Shown here: positions 37,504-50,122 of the stretch, piece after piece | How the letters are laid out: every line of letters starts with the position of its first letter | Numbering within the stretch: the first letter of the stretch is position 1 | DNA from: Ptychomitrium polyphyllum | Lineage: Eukaryota | Reading direction: 5' to 3' | Length of the DNA stretch: 64,000 nt | Assembly: GCA_973851085.1 (NCBI GenBank) | Contig: OZ316775.1 | Span: forward strand, 3,658,001 to 3,722,000 | Made by a program: the position numbers and the translations under genes | The notes under the pieces: generated by a model | Seen by the model: the letters and a program-made list of their open reading frames with translations, nothing else | The model's database searches: none | Told to the model about the DNA's origin: nothing

Positions 37504-40326
37504 TAGGGACCATGCGACTGGACACCACAAGGAAACGACCATCAAATCAAGGTCTCTTACTACCTTCAAGTCCTACCTCTTGTTTTACATATCCTATCAA
37601 AATTAAGTTGTTAGATGATGAAATAGTTAGTGAGGCTCTTTTAGACACTAGTGCGATGGCATGTTTTATGGACAAGGATTTTGCAACCAAACATCACATG
37701 GTGCTTGTGAACAAAAAATATCCCGCACAAGTTGAAGTTATTGATGGACAATCTCTTGCGTCTAGCAACGTTATTGAAGAAATTCAACCCTTGGAGGTTA
37801 TTTAGAAGATCAGGCATCTAAGATTGTCTTCAATATTATTCAATGCCAAACAAATCCTATTGTTTTGGGCCTTCTTTGGTTTGAATTACATAATCCAGAT
37901 ATTGATTGGCGCTCACAGAGTGTGGTCTCAAGGAAATTTGCCAAGATACGAGAAATCTTGGACCATTATTTATTGGAGCTAAGGCATTTATGAGAACGGC
38001 AAAGGATGAATCAATTTATGCCATTTATGCCACGCCAATGTCTAATTCTACAATAGAGACTAATCAAAACATACCTCGTCAATATCAAGATTATAAAGAC
38101 GTTTTTGAAAAAAAGAATGGAAACATGTTTTCAAAGCACCGGCCTTACGATTGTACCATTGAATTGCAAAGAAGGAGCCCAACCACCTTTTGGACCTATT
38201 TATAACTTATCACAAACCGAGCTGACTGCCTTGAGAGAATATATTGATGAAAACCTCGGAAAGGGTTTCATTCAACACTCTAAATCACCGGCTGGAGCAC
38301 CCATTCTATTTGTAAAGAAGAAAGATGGATCATTATGTATGTGCGTGGACTATCAAGGCTTCAATAAAGTAATAAAAAAGAATTGCTATCCATTACCATT
38401 AATCTCAGGACTCTTACAACAACTTGGCCAAGCAAAGATATTCATAAAAATTGACCTTAGAGGAGCCTACAATCTTGTACACATCAAAGAAAGAGACGAA
38501 TGGAAGACAACTTTTTGATCTAGGTATGGTCATTTTGAATACAATGTCATGTCTTTTGACCTTACGAATGCTCCCGCAGTCTTTCAACACATGATAAATG
38601 ATATCTTCCATGAACATTTGGACGATTTTGTAGTCATATACTTGGATGACATTTTGATATATTCAAAGGATGAACTAGACCACTAATGTCATGTGCGACT
38701 GGTCTTAGAAAAATTACGCCAGTGAGGATTATATGCCAAATTGGAGAAGTGCCTTTTTCATGAATCCTCAATTGAATTTTTAAGCTACTTCATTTCCAAA
38801 AGAGGAATCCATATGGATGAGAAGAAAATAAGCATTGTCATGGAGTAGAGTACGCCAAGATTAATTCAGGATGTTCAATGCTTCTTGGGATTTGCAAACT
38901 TCTACAGAATATTCATCAAGAATTAGTTTAAAATTGCGGCACCATTAACACGTCTTACAGGAACGCAAAAATTCATTTGGAATGAAAAGGTGGAAAAAAC
39001 ACTTCAAAGTTTTAAAAAGTCATTCACGTCAGTACCAATCTTTATTCATCCAAACCCATCAAAGCCAATTTATTTGGAAGCAGATGCTTCAGATTTTGCA
39101 CTTGGCTCAGCACTCTCATAATATGATGAAGATGGAAGACTTCACCCTCTTGCCTTTCGTTCAAGGAAGTTCTCAGTGGCAGAAATCAACTAAGATATCT
39201 ACGATAAAGAACTACTTGCAATTGTGGATGCATTTGAAGAATGACAACACTTGTTAGAAAAAGCTTAACATACCATCATAATACATACAGACCACAAGAA
39301 CTTGGAGTATTTTATGAGGGTGCGTGTTTTGAATCTCCGTCAAGCAAGGTGGAGTATGTCGCTTTCCAAATTTGACTTTGTCATTACCTATCAATCTGGT
39401 AGCTTGCTAGGTAAGCCAGATATCTTATCTTAAAGATCTTATTTAGCTCCTTAACGTGGAGATGATGTTCTAAATCAACAAAGGACTATTTTATTGAAGC
39501 CAGAGAATCTTCAATTGAAAGCAGCAATCTTTCTTCAGCACACCATCTGCAAACTGATGGTCAAACCAAAAGTGTAAATCAAATTTTGGAGGAGTACTTT
39601 TGTTGTAGCATAAACTACCAGCAAGACAACTGGATGGATTTCTTGCCTTTGGCAAAGTTTGCTTACAATAATACAGTGCATTCATTAACAACCCAAAGTC
39701 CATTTTTTGCAAACTATAGCCATTATCCTTGAGCAGATCCATTTCAAGTGAAACATGTTGAAAGTCTTGCAACAAAGGATTTTGCAATTCAATTTGCTAA
39801 AATTCATCAAGAAATTACCTTCAAGTTACAACAAGCTCAAAATCGTTATAAAACTTATACAGATCGCCATCAAAAGGACCATCTAAAATTTAAGGTTAGA
39901 GATAGCATATGGCTCCTACGATAAAATATACAAACAAAAAGATCATCTTTGAAGTTGGACTATCAAAGGTTGGGACCGTTTGAAATCAGCAAAGAGATAA
40001 ATCTGATTAGTTATTGCCTAAAGCTACCACCAAGCATGCAAATTCATCTAATATTCCATGTATTGTTGTTGGAAACCTATAACAAATCATGTATACCAGA
40101 GAGTATTGTTCCTCCGCCTCTTCTGCTAGAAATCAATAATGAAATGGAATATGAAGTGGAAGAGATCTTAGATTCACACATTAAGAACGGATGTGTGGGG
40201 TATTTTATACATTGGCAAGGATATGGCATCAATGACTGAACATGGGTACCTTCAACAAATATAACAAATGCATCCGAGAAGGTACACAAGGTTCATCAAA
40301 GATATCCTCAAAAACCAAGTCACTGA
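37479..40326 (+). pseudogene. pol: pol pseudogene: protease, RT, RNase H, partial integrase, chromodomain
   Basis: ALLDTSA (PR); [28 protein letters not shown] and YLDDILIYS (RT); EADASDFALG (RH); QTDGQT and GPFEI (INT); EYEVEEILDS...YFIHWQGY (chromodomain). Many stops and frameshifts. Confidence 0.92.
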
Positions 40327-40466
40327 TGATGTATCATCAGTAGCCGTTAGCTTCACCGAGAAGTATTTCCTTCATAAACAAGTATAAAAAAGAAAGAGAG
40401 ATATCCAAACCTCCAATTATATGCAGCATTATTTCCAAAATAGATCATTTCTAATTCCTAACTAGT

Positions 40467-40925
40467 ATGTCAAATCTTCGTATTATCATAGATATGCGTG
40501 AAGAGCAGTCGGCCATGCCTTCATCAACAAGAACATCTGTTGAGTCAACTCAACTTTCTTAGCCCTCGGTAACGGAGGATCTAAGTCAAGATATGAGAGG
40601 GACATTCCATCGTCGAGTACGTCCACGTGCAGAAGTATTGACTAGTCGCCCTTCACATTCTAGTCTTGATTCAGATGCTCGCGCTCTAGTCATCTTGTTG
40701 GAAATTGGAAGAGTCACTCCTAGAGGACCCGAAATCTTGTTTGGAGGATGTTTTGAAGGACTTAAGTAGGATCAAATCTTCAGATGGGACATTTCAACAA
40801 CAGAAGTCTTGATTGGTGGTTATCGGCGCTTCTTGCAAAGACCAGTTGAACCACTGAACAAAGAACAACGAGTAGAGTATGTTGCTTCACTCTTTCGACA
40901 AATTTTGGAATTTGTAGAAATGTGA
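40467..40925 (+). pseudogene. Putative extra ORF3 of the chromovirus (152 codons, two internal TAG)
   Basis: Single frame from ATG 40467 to TGA 40923, broken only by TAG at 40560 and 40767. No recognised domain. Confidence 0.5.
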
Positions 40926-40980
40926 CAAGCAAGCCAAGAAAAGAGCTCCTCATGGAACTTGTTGCTAAATGGGGAAGTGA

Positions 40981-41501
40981 TGTTACGGACATAGATCATG
41001 CAACATAGTCCTTAGAACATTCTAGAACCTTCTACTATACTATAATAGCTTCTTAGAATACTTTTAGATGTCTCCATAGCCTTTCCATGTTCTTAAGAAG
41101 CTTCCTAGGAAAGTCCCTCCACCTTAGGAAACTTCGTAGGAAGGTTCTATCATCTTAGGTAACTTCTTAGCAAACTTCCTATTAAGATTCCATCACCTTA
41201 GGAAACTTTCTAGGAAGGTTCCTCTACCTTAGGAAACTTCTTATGAAGGTTTACTAGACTTTCAGAATATTCTTAAGCTTTGTAAAAAGCTTCTTTAGAG
41301 TATCCTAGGAGATACAAATGTCATAGTATAAATAGGAGGCAAAACAAGGTATTCCTTAGTCTTGCCAATACAAGGTGTGAATCATCTTGAATCCTGCCTT
41401 GTTCTAGTCTTCGTATCAAATTCTTTTTAATCATTAGCTCTTTGGAAGCTAATTCTTGTTAAACATTTTGTTTGTGCTTCTTGTTTCTTGTGTGTTTAAC
41501 A
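40981..41501 (+). repeat. 3' LTR of the chromovirus
   Basis: TGTTAC...TTAACA, preceded by a PPT-like tract, homologous to the 5' LTR copies. Confidence 0.92.
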
Positions 41502-43431
41502 AAAGGAGGGGATTGAGGAATATTAGAGCATCAAATAACTAAAGAAAAATGAATAGATATTACATAAATAATATCAATAAGAAGCGAAGAAACAGAGGAG
41601 ATGATTACAAAAGCCTTATTTGAAGTTTAAGGTTTAAATTCTTATTGTAAAAACTATAATTTATCCAAAAATTCTTTCATTCATAAAGGTATCAATGTAT
41701 ATATTGGTGCTATGTAAATATCTTTGAAGTAATTACCTTCTAACTATTATTTTGAGAGTTGCCAAAAAAAATTATAATAATATTATAATATTTCTTTCAA
41801 TGCCCTATGTTACTTGTTTATATATAAAGCTATGCATTATTAATCCTTATGTACTCAATCAATTAATATTTAATTATTGCATGTTGTCTTTATCAAACAA
41901 ATTCAAATCAATTTATAATGTGAAGTTTTGTAATTTAAAGAATGGTTGGTGGAAACTAGACTATAATTTTAATGAAAAAAGAGAGTTTTGATTTTGAGCA
42001 TTGAAGCTTGAATAAACACATATTTCATATAGTTTAATATGTAAATAATATGTGTAAAATTCCAAAACGATATAATGCCTAAATAAGCTATTAATGACAT
42101 GCATTACTAGTTACATTGTTTTCAAAAGATAGTTCTTGTATTGAGTAATAGTAGCTTAAGATAAGATCAAGAAAGAACTTTAGTAATATAGAATATAACA
42201 TTGTAGTGAAGCCATAGGTTTTTGCTATTTCTTATTGGATCTTGGTTTTTTTTTTCTAATAATATGATCTTGTGTTACTTTCTTAAGTACAAGAGATTAA
42301 TATGACTATTGTCAATTTAATTAAAACTTTTGTATACCTTATGTAAAAATTTCTGTATATGCATTATATATAAATATAACACTTTGCACTTTAAAATATC
42401 AATATGAAGCTAAAAAAACAATGGAATGTTGACAAAAATTACCTTGGACCATAGGTAAAATGTACATTCACATTTATGTTGCAACCGTAGAAAAACTTTG
42501 TAATTTCATTCTTAGCTTTGCTGAAAAATGACTTCAATGACATGTAGTTGTAAATAGAGTTATTCTTTAAATACTTGTCATTTTTTCACACATACACTGT
42601 TGGATGCATGTCTTAGGTGCTATATAAGTTAAAAAATTATATTCTATTAACAGTCAATAAATGATTGGAAATAACTAATCCAACTTAAACAATATAAAAA
42701 ACATTGTATGGAAGTAAACATGCCTAGGCACTGAAGGATTAATGCGGTGCTTGTGCTTTACACATGAGTATGATGTACAAACGGATTAAAGCAAACAACC
42801 TTATCCGAAAAGGTTCCGAAAAGGTGCCTGAATCTTGGGCCTAAAGCAATGATGACCACCTCGTCTAAAGATTCTAAAGTGATCTTTGTAATGGTGTTCA
42901 ACATGAAAAAGATCGTAGGAAGAAAGTGATAAGTTTTGCTTTGCTGAAAGCCGGACGATGCACCAAAATTGAGCAACAACAAGCTCCCTGCCACATGTGT
43001 ATGATCTTACACAGTGCTCTAACACCACACTCCAGAGTATGGTATCCTGGTTCAAGTCTTCAAGGTGGCAAAGGATGCCAAGCCTACTTAGCTAGGGCCA
43101 CCTACCTTCCAAGTTCCAATCTGCCTAATTGGCTGCCTTATCCACATCTCTAGAACCAAGAAAGCAAAGTGCAGCCGCCGTGGAACTGTGCACCAAGAAA
43201 GACAAAAAATCTCATTGCATGATAAATGCATAGAGTGTAGGAGAATCCGGTTTTGTATTCCACTAATGTGGAGTAATTGTGGCTGATACTATTATTACCT
43301 TTTCCATGACAAGTGGAAAGAAAGATGTGCTTTACATTGTTCTACACCGTACACTAAAAATCTTTTGTAAATGAAATCTCTCTGACCTCTACTTCAAACA
43401 TATCTTATATCCAATATCATTCACAAAAGAT

Positions 43432-43531
43432 NNNNNNNNNNNNNNNNNNNNNNNNNNNNNNNNNNNNNNNNNNNNNNNNNNNNNNNNNNNNNNNNNNNNN
43501 NNNNNNNNNNNNNNNNNNNNNNNNNNNNNNN
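43432..43531. other. Assembly gap (100 N)
   Basis: Run of N. Confidence 1.
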
Positions 43532-46500
43532 GTCCGTGAAAGAAGAGGCCAAGAATGATAAATGAGGAATTGATTTCAGCGGCGTTGACTCCAAGGCCTA
43601 CAAGTTGGACAGCTCCTGCATCAACCTCACTTTCCTAATCATTGCTAAAACGGCTGAGCAATAGGAGCAAGGCAATGCTCCCTGAGTTCCTGCTTGTCCC
43701 GGGTCATTGGTCAACTGCCTGTCGACTATAAAGATGGCAAATTGAGAATACAGCAGTTTTTATTTTATATTTTTATATGAAAGTTTAATATGACACTGAT
43801 ATAAGTTAGTTTCGAGCTCCCGGTTCCCAGTCCCCAATGCCGGAAACATATAAATAAAAATGTTTTAGAAGCTTAATTTTTGATATTTTATGTTTTTCAG
43901 TGTTTCTTCATTTTATGAAAATGAAGAAAATAAAAGTTTAATTGGTTTGAAACGTAGAAAACAAAGTAAAGAGTGTGAAGGAAAATATGCAAGGATTGAG
44001 GGAAAATTTGTTAGTATTTGCATTAATTATGACGTTAAGTAATGACAAGAGGCTTTTTAGTTTGAGATTTCTAAGCCTTCAAGACAAAGTAAAAAGGTCT
44101 AACCTAAAGACATGATTAAGCCATATTTTGTTGAAAGACTATAATTACATGTTGCATAGGCAATGACAGTGAAGATTGCTTGGAATGTTGTTGTTAATAG
44201 GCTTACAATCTATGTTAAAATTCTATCTACGTTATATGTCATATTTGAAAAATCTTGGATTTGTGAGTTTTAGTTCCAATGAAATTGTCTGTATTTGAAA
44301 TCTCAATGAATCATTTTAATAACTTTTTGTTAATTTTGCATAAGAAAGATTTTATCTAAATAGAGTCTTAATTGATTTCTTACAAGTGATTTCACATTCT
44401 TCATTTCATTTGTATTGAAAATCAAAGCATATGTTTTCATTGCCAAAATAGTCCATCCATTGAATTAACATACAAATTTTTATGTAAGCATCTTAGATCA
44501 TTCACCATCTTTCTAATTTAGAAAATATTATGAGTTAACAAATAATTCCAATACATGTTTTGTTTAATATTTTTTTCAAATTGCCACATGTCCAATTATA
44601 AAAAATATCAAAAGTGCAAGCTCCAAAAGAAATAATTTTAAGCACTTCAAACATAAGTTTGAAATAATAAAAATGCATGTAGGAGTGGGCTACTACCATT
44701 GTCTATAAATTGGTATGAACAATTTGAATGCATTTTGCAAGCATTTTCCTATAAACTGTTCCATTTCAAAAAATGCCTAAGACATTTAATAATAAATACT
44801 AGTTGCATCAACATGTCATTGATTCAACATAGGAAACCATAATAGATTATGGTAAAATTAAGTGGAAAAAAATCATAAAAAGAGTTAAATAAATCCACCA
44901 ATATTATGGCTTAATTATTAGGAATGTTTATCATTCTTAGAAGAATAATGACATCTTAGGTGAATTTTCTTTTAAAAACTAAGAGTTACCACATAACTTT
45001 GCACCTAGCCCAATTTGTTATCCTGCCCCTTACAACCCCCAAAAGGAACTCAAGGTCCCCTCACTGATTGTGAGAAGTGTTGTCTTTGGGATTCATTTTC
45101 CGTTATGGAGTTCTTCGTTTGTTTAAGAAAATTCAAAAACTAAAAATTGATAGTCTAACGAGGAGCAGTGCCCTGCTGTGAAACCATAGCTTTACCTGAA
45201 TATGAAAAAGTGAATATTGCTGCAGACCCACCCACCTGTGCAGAGAGCCAGGAAGGACAACAGCAGTGCAGCTACCCATGTGAAAAATATGTGTAACTTT
45301 GGATCATTAATGCTCCAGTTTACTGTAGTTTTGAAAGGAAAAAAGGACCCCTCCTTCCGACCCACGTGACACCGCCAAGTTGATTCATGCGACGAATCTG
45401 GCGCCACATTGGTTACTTCTCAGGATATGTTTGATCACTCAAACTGTGTTAAATTACTTCCAGGGTGAGGGTCATGAACTTCCTGGTCCTGGGTTAACTT
45501 ACTCATAGTTGTTGAGGAGTGAAAATTCTAACATACATATATATTTATGTGTCTTAAGGTAAGATAGAAAACACAGCTTGACTTCCCCCTGCCTCTGAAA
45601 GAAATTGGATTTTTTGTGTTTCTTACAAGTTGATGTTCCTATTAACTTCTCATTATATTTTCTGTCCAGCTGTAAACAATGAACTACTAAACGTCATAGT
45701 TAAGAGATTAATCAACATAACATTCTTTAGTAAACCTTCTAAAAACCCTCTCTTAATAGAATAATTCCATTACCTTAAGATATAGTTTCATTATCAATTG
45801 TCGTCCATTTCCCACTTATCAAAGTAAAGGTGAATTACTTCCAGTGTGAAAGAATGCTACAAACTATATCACAAAACTAGATTTGATATTTGTTTGATAT
45901 AGAAGCCATGTAAACAACAATATGCTAATTATACAGATTCAAGTTCTCTTGCTACTGGCACTTGAATTCATATAGTTATCATATCTTTGTGTATATAATT
46001 TTCATGTCAAATAGATATTAAAATTTATGGAAACAATGAGATGTTGAGTTCATATGAGACTCAATATACAAGAATTTCCAATACACAAGTTCTAGGAGAA
46101 GTCCATTTGCAAGTTCCGCTACCTCAAAAGCAGTAAATGGTGATTACAGTGAAACATTATAACAATATTTAGTGTGAATATGAACTCCTCTATGTCGGTG
46201 GTCAAGTCAAGTCGTCAGATAAAATCGGTGGCCACGAGGGTAAAATGGAATTTCACAACGTCTATAGTAACAAAATTCCTGCAAAAATTGATCTATTATA
46301 TAGAATTTCATAGGGGCTTGAAATTGTTACAGCATGATACCATGCTTGTTTTAATGCACATTTCACCACGTCAATGTGTCATACCAGCCTGGCGCAAGTT
46401 CCCATTCCCTCAGCATTTAGAATGTGACCACTGTTGGAATCATAAAGTCAAACTTCAAGACCCTGTGCACATACACCAGGCTAACGTGTACCTTCAAGAG

Positions 46501-49500
46501 TCACTCCTTCTGAGCAGAATATTTAAGAGAAAACCCTACCTGCATGGGAGTAAATAAAACTACAAGAAACTCAGTTTTATGTAGAAGAAATGGGCGGTTG
46601 AATTTCCAATAGTATGACAAAGCCATAAGAAATTATGAGTCATATCTTAACATAGCTCAAGTCTAGTAAGCCACATCTACATTAGTCAGACAACTTCTCA
46701 CCCTCATGACTTTGACTCCATACTTGTTATTTGAAACGAAATGGAAAAATGGCATTTGAGACAGTAGCATTTGAAGAATTCACTGCTGATTTTCTTTGTT
46801 CTTTCTTGTGTTAAGTGTCTCAGGAATTCACCTCCAACATCTATGCTTTAATGTATGTACTACACTTTTAATTATATAGTGTGAGTCACATTATTATGAG
46901 CAATCTAAAAAATTATTTGAAACACCTCTAATGGTGTGAATTGCTTTAATTGAAAAAGTCACATTATCTAAGATATTACAAGATCCACATTAATTAATAA
47001 CTTGAACAAAAACACACACTTATAAAACACAAATGATTATACAATACAATTGAAAATCTATGGAATTATAGATGTTTAGTATATTAAGTATGGATTCTCT
47101 TAATTTAGCATCACAATATTTAATAATCCATATTGTAAGATGATCTTAAAACGACCTACAAGTCTAACTAGATGTATGTAGAGGCATAATATTGTTTAAT
47201 GGTTCCAAAATGGAAAATTTACAAAAGATTAAGGTATTATGACACCTTGAGGAAGCTTGATGATTTTGGAACAATGAATCTAATTGTGTTTATTTGCAAA
47301 TTCATAGTTTATACTACGTATTTTTTCATATTTTAAATCTTATTCTTCTAAAGGAAGAAAAATGTAATGTCCACTTGCTTGTAATGGTGGATAAAATAGA
47401 ATCAAAAAGCATTATAACACATTGGAGTTGATAAATGAGGATTAGAATAATACCATACCACAATGTACATGCATGTTTGTCACTAGTACTAGTGCTATCT
47501 ACATTTACAATTTTCAAATGTTAATTTTGTGTAGATAATTCTAATGTTAATGACTAATATACTTATATACTATTGTATCTTTTAAACAAGACGGTTGCAT
47601 TGTAACTAAACTACTTTCATCACTTTTTTGGTAAAGGTGGTTAAAATAAACTACTAACTATATGTGTTTTATATTAGAGACCTTACAAATCAAGTATGCC
47701 AAGAGAGTTTAATCCAAACATATCCATTATAACCATTCATAAATCCATGAGTTTGATTACATTAAGATTTCTTTTTATGAGATGAAAAATTCTATTCATC
47801 TAATTTAATTTTTATGATACAACTCGAATCATCATTTTAAGTTGAAGAGAACATAAATGATAATAAAAAATATTTCTAATGACCTACATTGCAGCAATAA
47901 AAAAGATGATAAACTGGTCCATTGGTGTATATTTTTAACTACATCAGGTTCATTTTGGTATTTCTTGTATAGAGCAATAAACAGTGATGCTAAAAGAAAT
48001 GAAGAAGATCGCTGAACGATAAAGCGTTAAAATGCATATTTGAGGTAGAGTTTAATTACTCATTTGTAGGGTGTGCTGAACTCATTTTTAAATGGTTTGA
48101 AGGAACACAAGTATATCAAATTTTGGAAGTCAATTTGACCTACAAGAGTTATTAGGATCCTTCAGTAGTGCTCTCAAAATCATCATTTAAGTTTTTATTT
48201 TTTGCGAAATAACTCACTGATAAAGCTGCAACATTAAAATCAAATTTTCTTCGTCTGATACCTCTTTGTCATTTAGTCTCACATGATACGGACAGAGCAT
48301 TAAGTAGCTTCCATCAACGACCACAGAAATTTAGCTTATTCATTTACAACAGACCGCCCTTTTAAAAAAAATGAGATAAATTTAAATAAAGAAAAGAAGG
48401 CGTAGAAAAAAGAAATTAACAGAAAAAAAAAAATCAAGAAAATCAAGCCGCTCAGTCAATGCAAATTTCACATATTCGAATGTTTTCCAGACAATCTAAT
48501 TGAGAGCACGAAAGCCTGAAAGGTGGGGGCGATGCTAGGGGCGAAGAGGTTACCACCTACTGGTAAAGGACTGGAGCGTCACCCAAGACACCTCCCTCAA
48601 GCTAAACTTAACGAGCTCTTTGTTCAAGAAAGTACAAACAATTGAATTCACTTTTCCATGTGCACTGATGAAACTACTATGCGAACAGGATTTACAATTA
48701 GCATTCAACACTTGGCTATGCACATCTTTCAAAGCAAATCAAAGCAAAACAAAGCAAATCGAAGCTAATAGTCGGGGACTGAGCAGCTTTGAAGCGTTAC
48801 CTCAAGTGTCATGTGGAGCAAACAAGGAGGCCTCTCAAAAGTTGTGTAAATTCACGGCAACGCGCTGTAGAAGGATCTAACCTTTGCTTACAGGCGGAGC
48901 ACGTGCCTTACGGTCATTAAAATTTCATTTCTTACCAGGGAACTGTAAGAGCCAGATTGCATACCTAGTAACTTAGTGGTGTACTGTTTTCACATATTCA
49001 AGTCAGGTTAAGTCATCAGACGTCGGTCAGTCTGTTGTGAAGCAAGCCCATTTTTCCTCTAGTACGCCTCGATGAAATGCAAAATGATTATTCCAAAAGG
49101 CACATTGAAAGTCAAATGTTCTCTAGCACCAGTACATGAAACAATTGTGTGAGCACCTGGAAATTGTTTCCCCAAGGGTTGGTTCAAGTACTTAGCAGAG
49201 CAGTTCCTCAGCTGGAGACGTCTTATGCTCGAATCGTGCAGTCTTAGAGTTCCCAGCCTTGCCTGCCTTCAAGGGACCGATTGTCATAGCACGAGGATGA
49301 GCTTTTTCAAGTGATTGGTAGCTTCATCATTATAGAAGTGCTTCTGCTTTGGGAGGACTCCTGTTATGTTAGGTTTGAACAACATGCAATATTAATAGCT
49401 AGATTGTTCGGAGAAGGAGCATTGCCACCCCGTTGCCACCACCTTGACGGCGTTCTTAGAAACTAGCTCGGGACTTTCTGTTGTGAGAGTAGGCCAATTG

Positions 49501-50122
49501 GAGCCCTTAAAAGGCTGCTGGTCAATCCCGACCAGGGATTTCGTAGCTTTTGTTGATCGAATTCGTTGTCTGATTAAATTCCGCGGAGGGTTTTAGGAGA
49601 GCCTAGCGTACCTCGAGAGTTCGTTCAAAAGGAAAAAGTGGGTGGCTGAAAGCGTTTCTTTTAACAGGTCATCGACTCATGGAAGCATGTTGACGGACTA
49701 ACTACAATTCCAGCACGTTGTGCAGTCTGGGCGCTTCATAAGTGGATCATAGCAGGAATCTTAGATATACCAGTGTTGAACGTTTTAGTTCACTACGTAC
49801 GTAGATGGCAGTAAAAGTTGGCTCGCAGATTCAAAGCTTTTCGGCGGGCGTGGAGCTTCTCCAATTAGAGTTCAGACTAACATTATAATCGCTGCATTCA
49901 GTTGGCATGAGCAGATTGCGCAATTGCCAATCATTTGGGAGATTGATTCTTAGCTTGATTAGTCGATCCTCGCAGCTATGGTGGTGTAGTGGTTTTACTT
50001 TCTGGTCATCACGTCGCCGTTGCTGCTCTACGGTGATTGCTATCCGTCGCGGTCACTGAGCGAGTGGTTCCCAAATCTTTCAACTTGATTCGCTGCTGCG
50101 GCGAGATTTCACTGGATTTGAC

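Larger units (their letters stand above)
34560..41501 (+). mobile_element. Decayed Ty3/gypsy chromovirus (Tcn1/RLG1-like) with three tandem 5' LTR copies
   Basis: LTRs at 34560-35048 (truncated), 35049-35630, 35650-36263 and 40981-41501. Domain order gag, PR, RT, RH, INT, chromodomain. PPT-like AAATGGGGAAGTGA at 40967-40980. Flanks GAAGG/AAAGG (4/5 TSD match). Confidence 0.92.

Noticed and set aside
42926..43153. KGCQAYLA peptide resembling a Tekay gypsy linker motif
   Set aside because: Isolated 8-aa match with no neighbouring protease or RT sequence.
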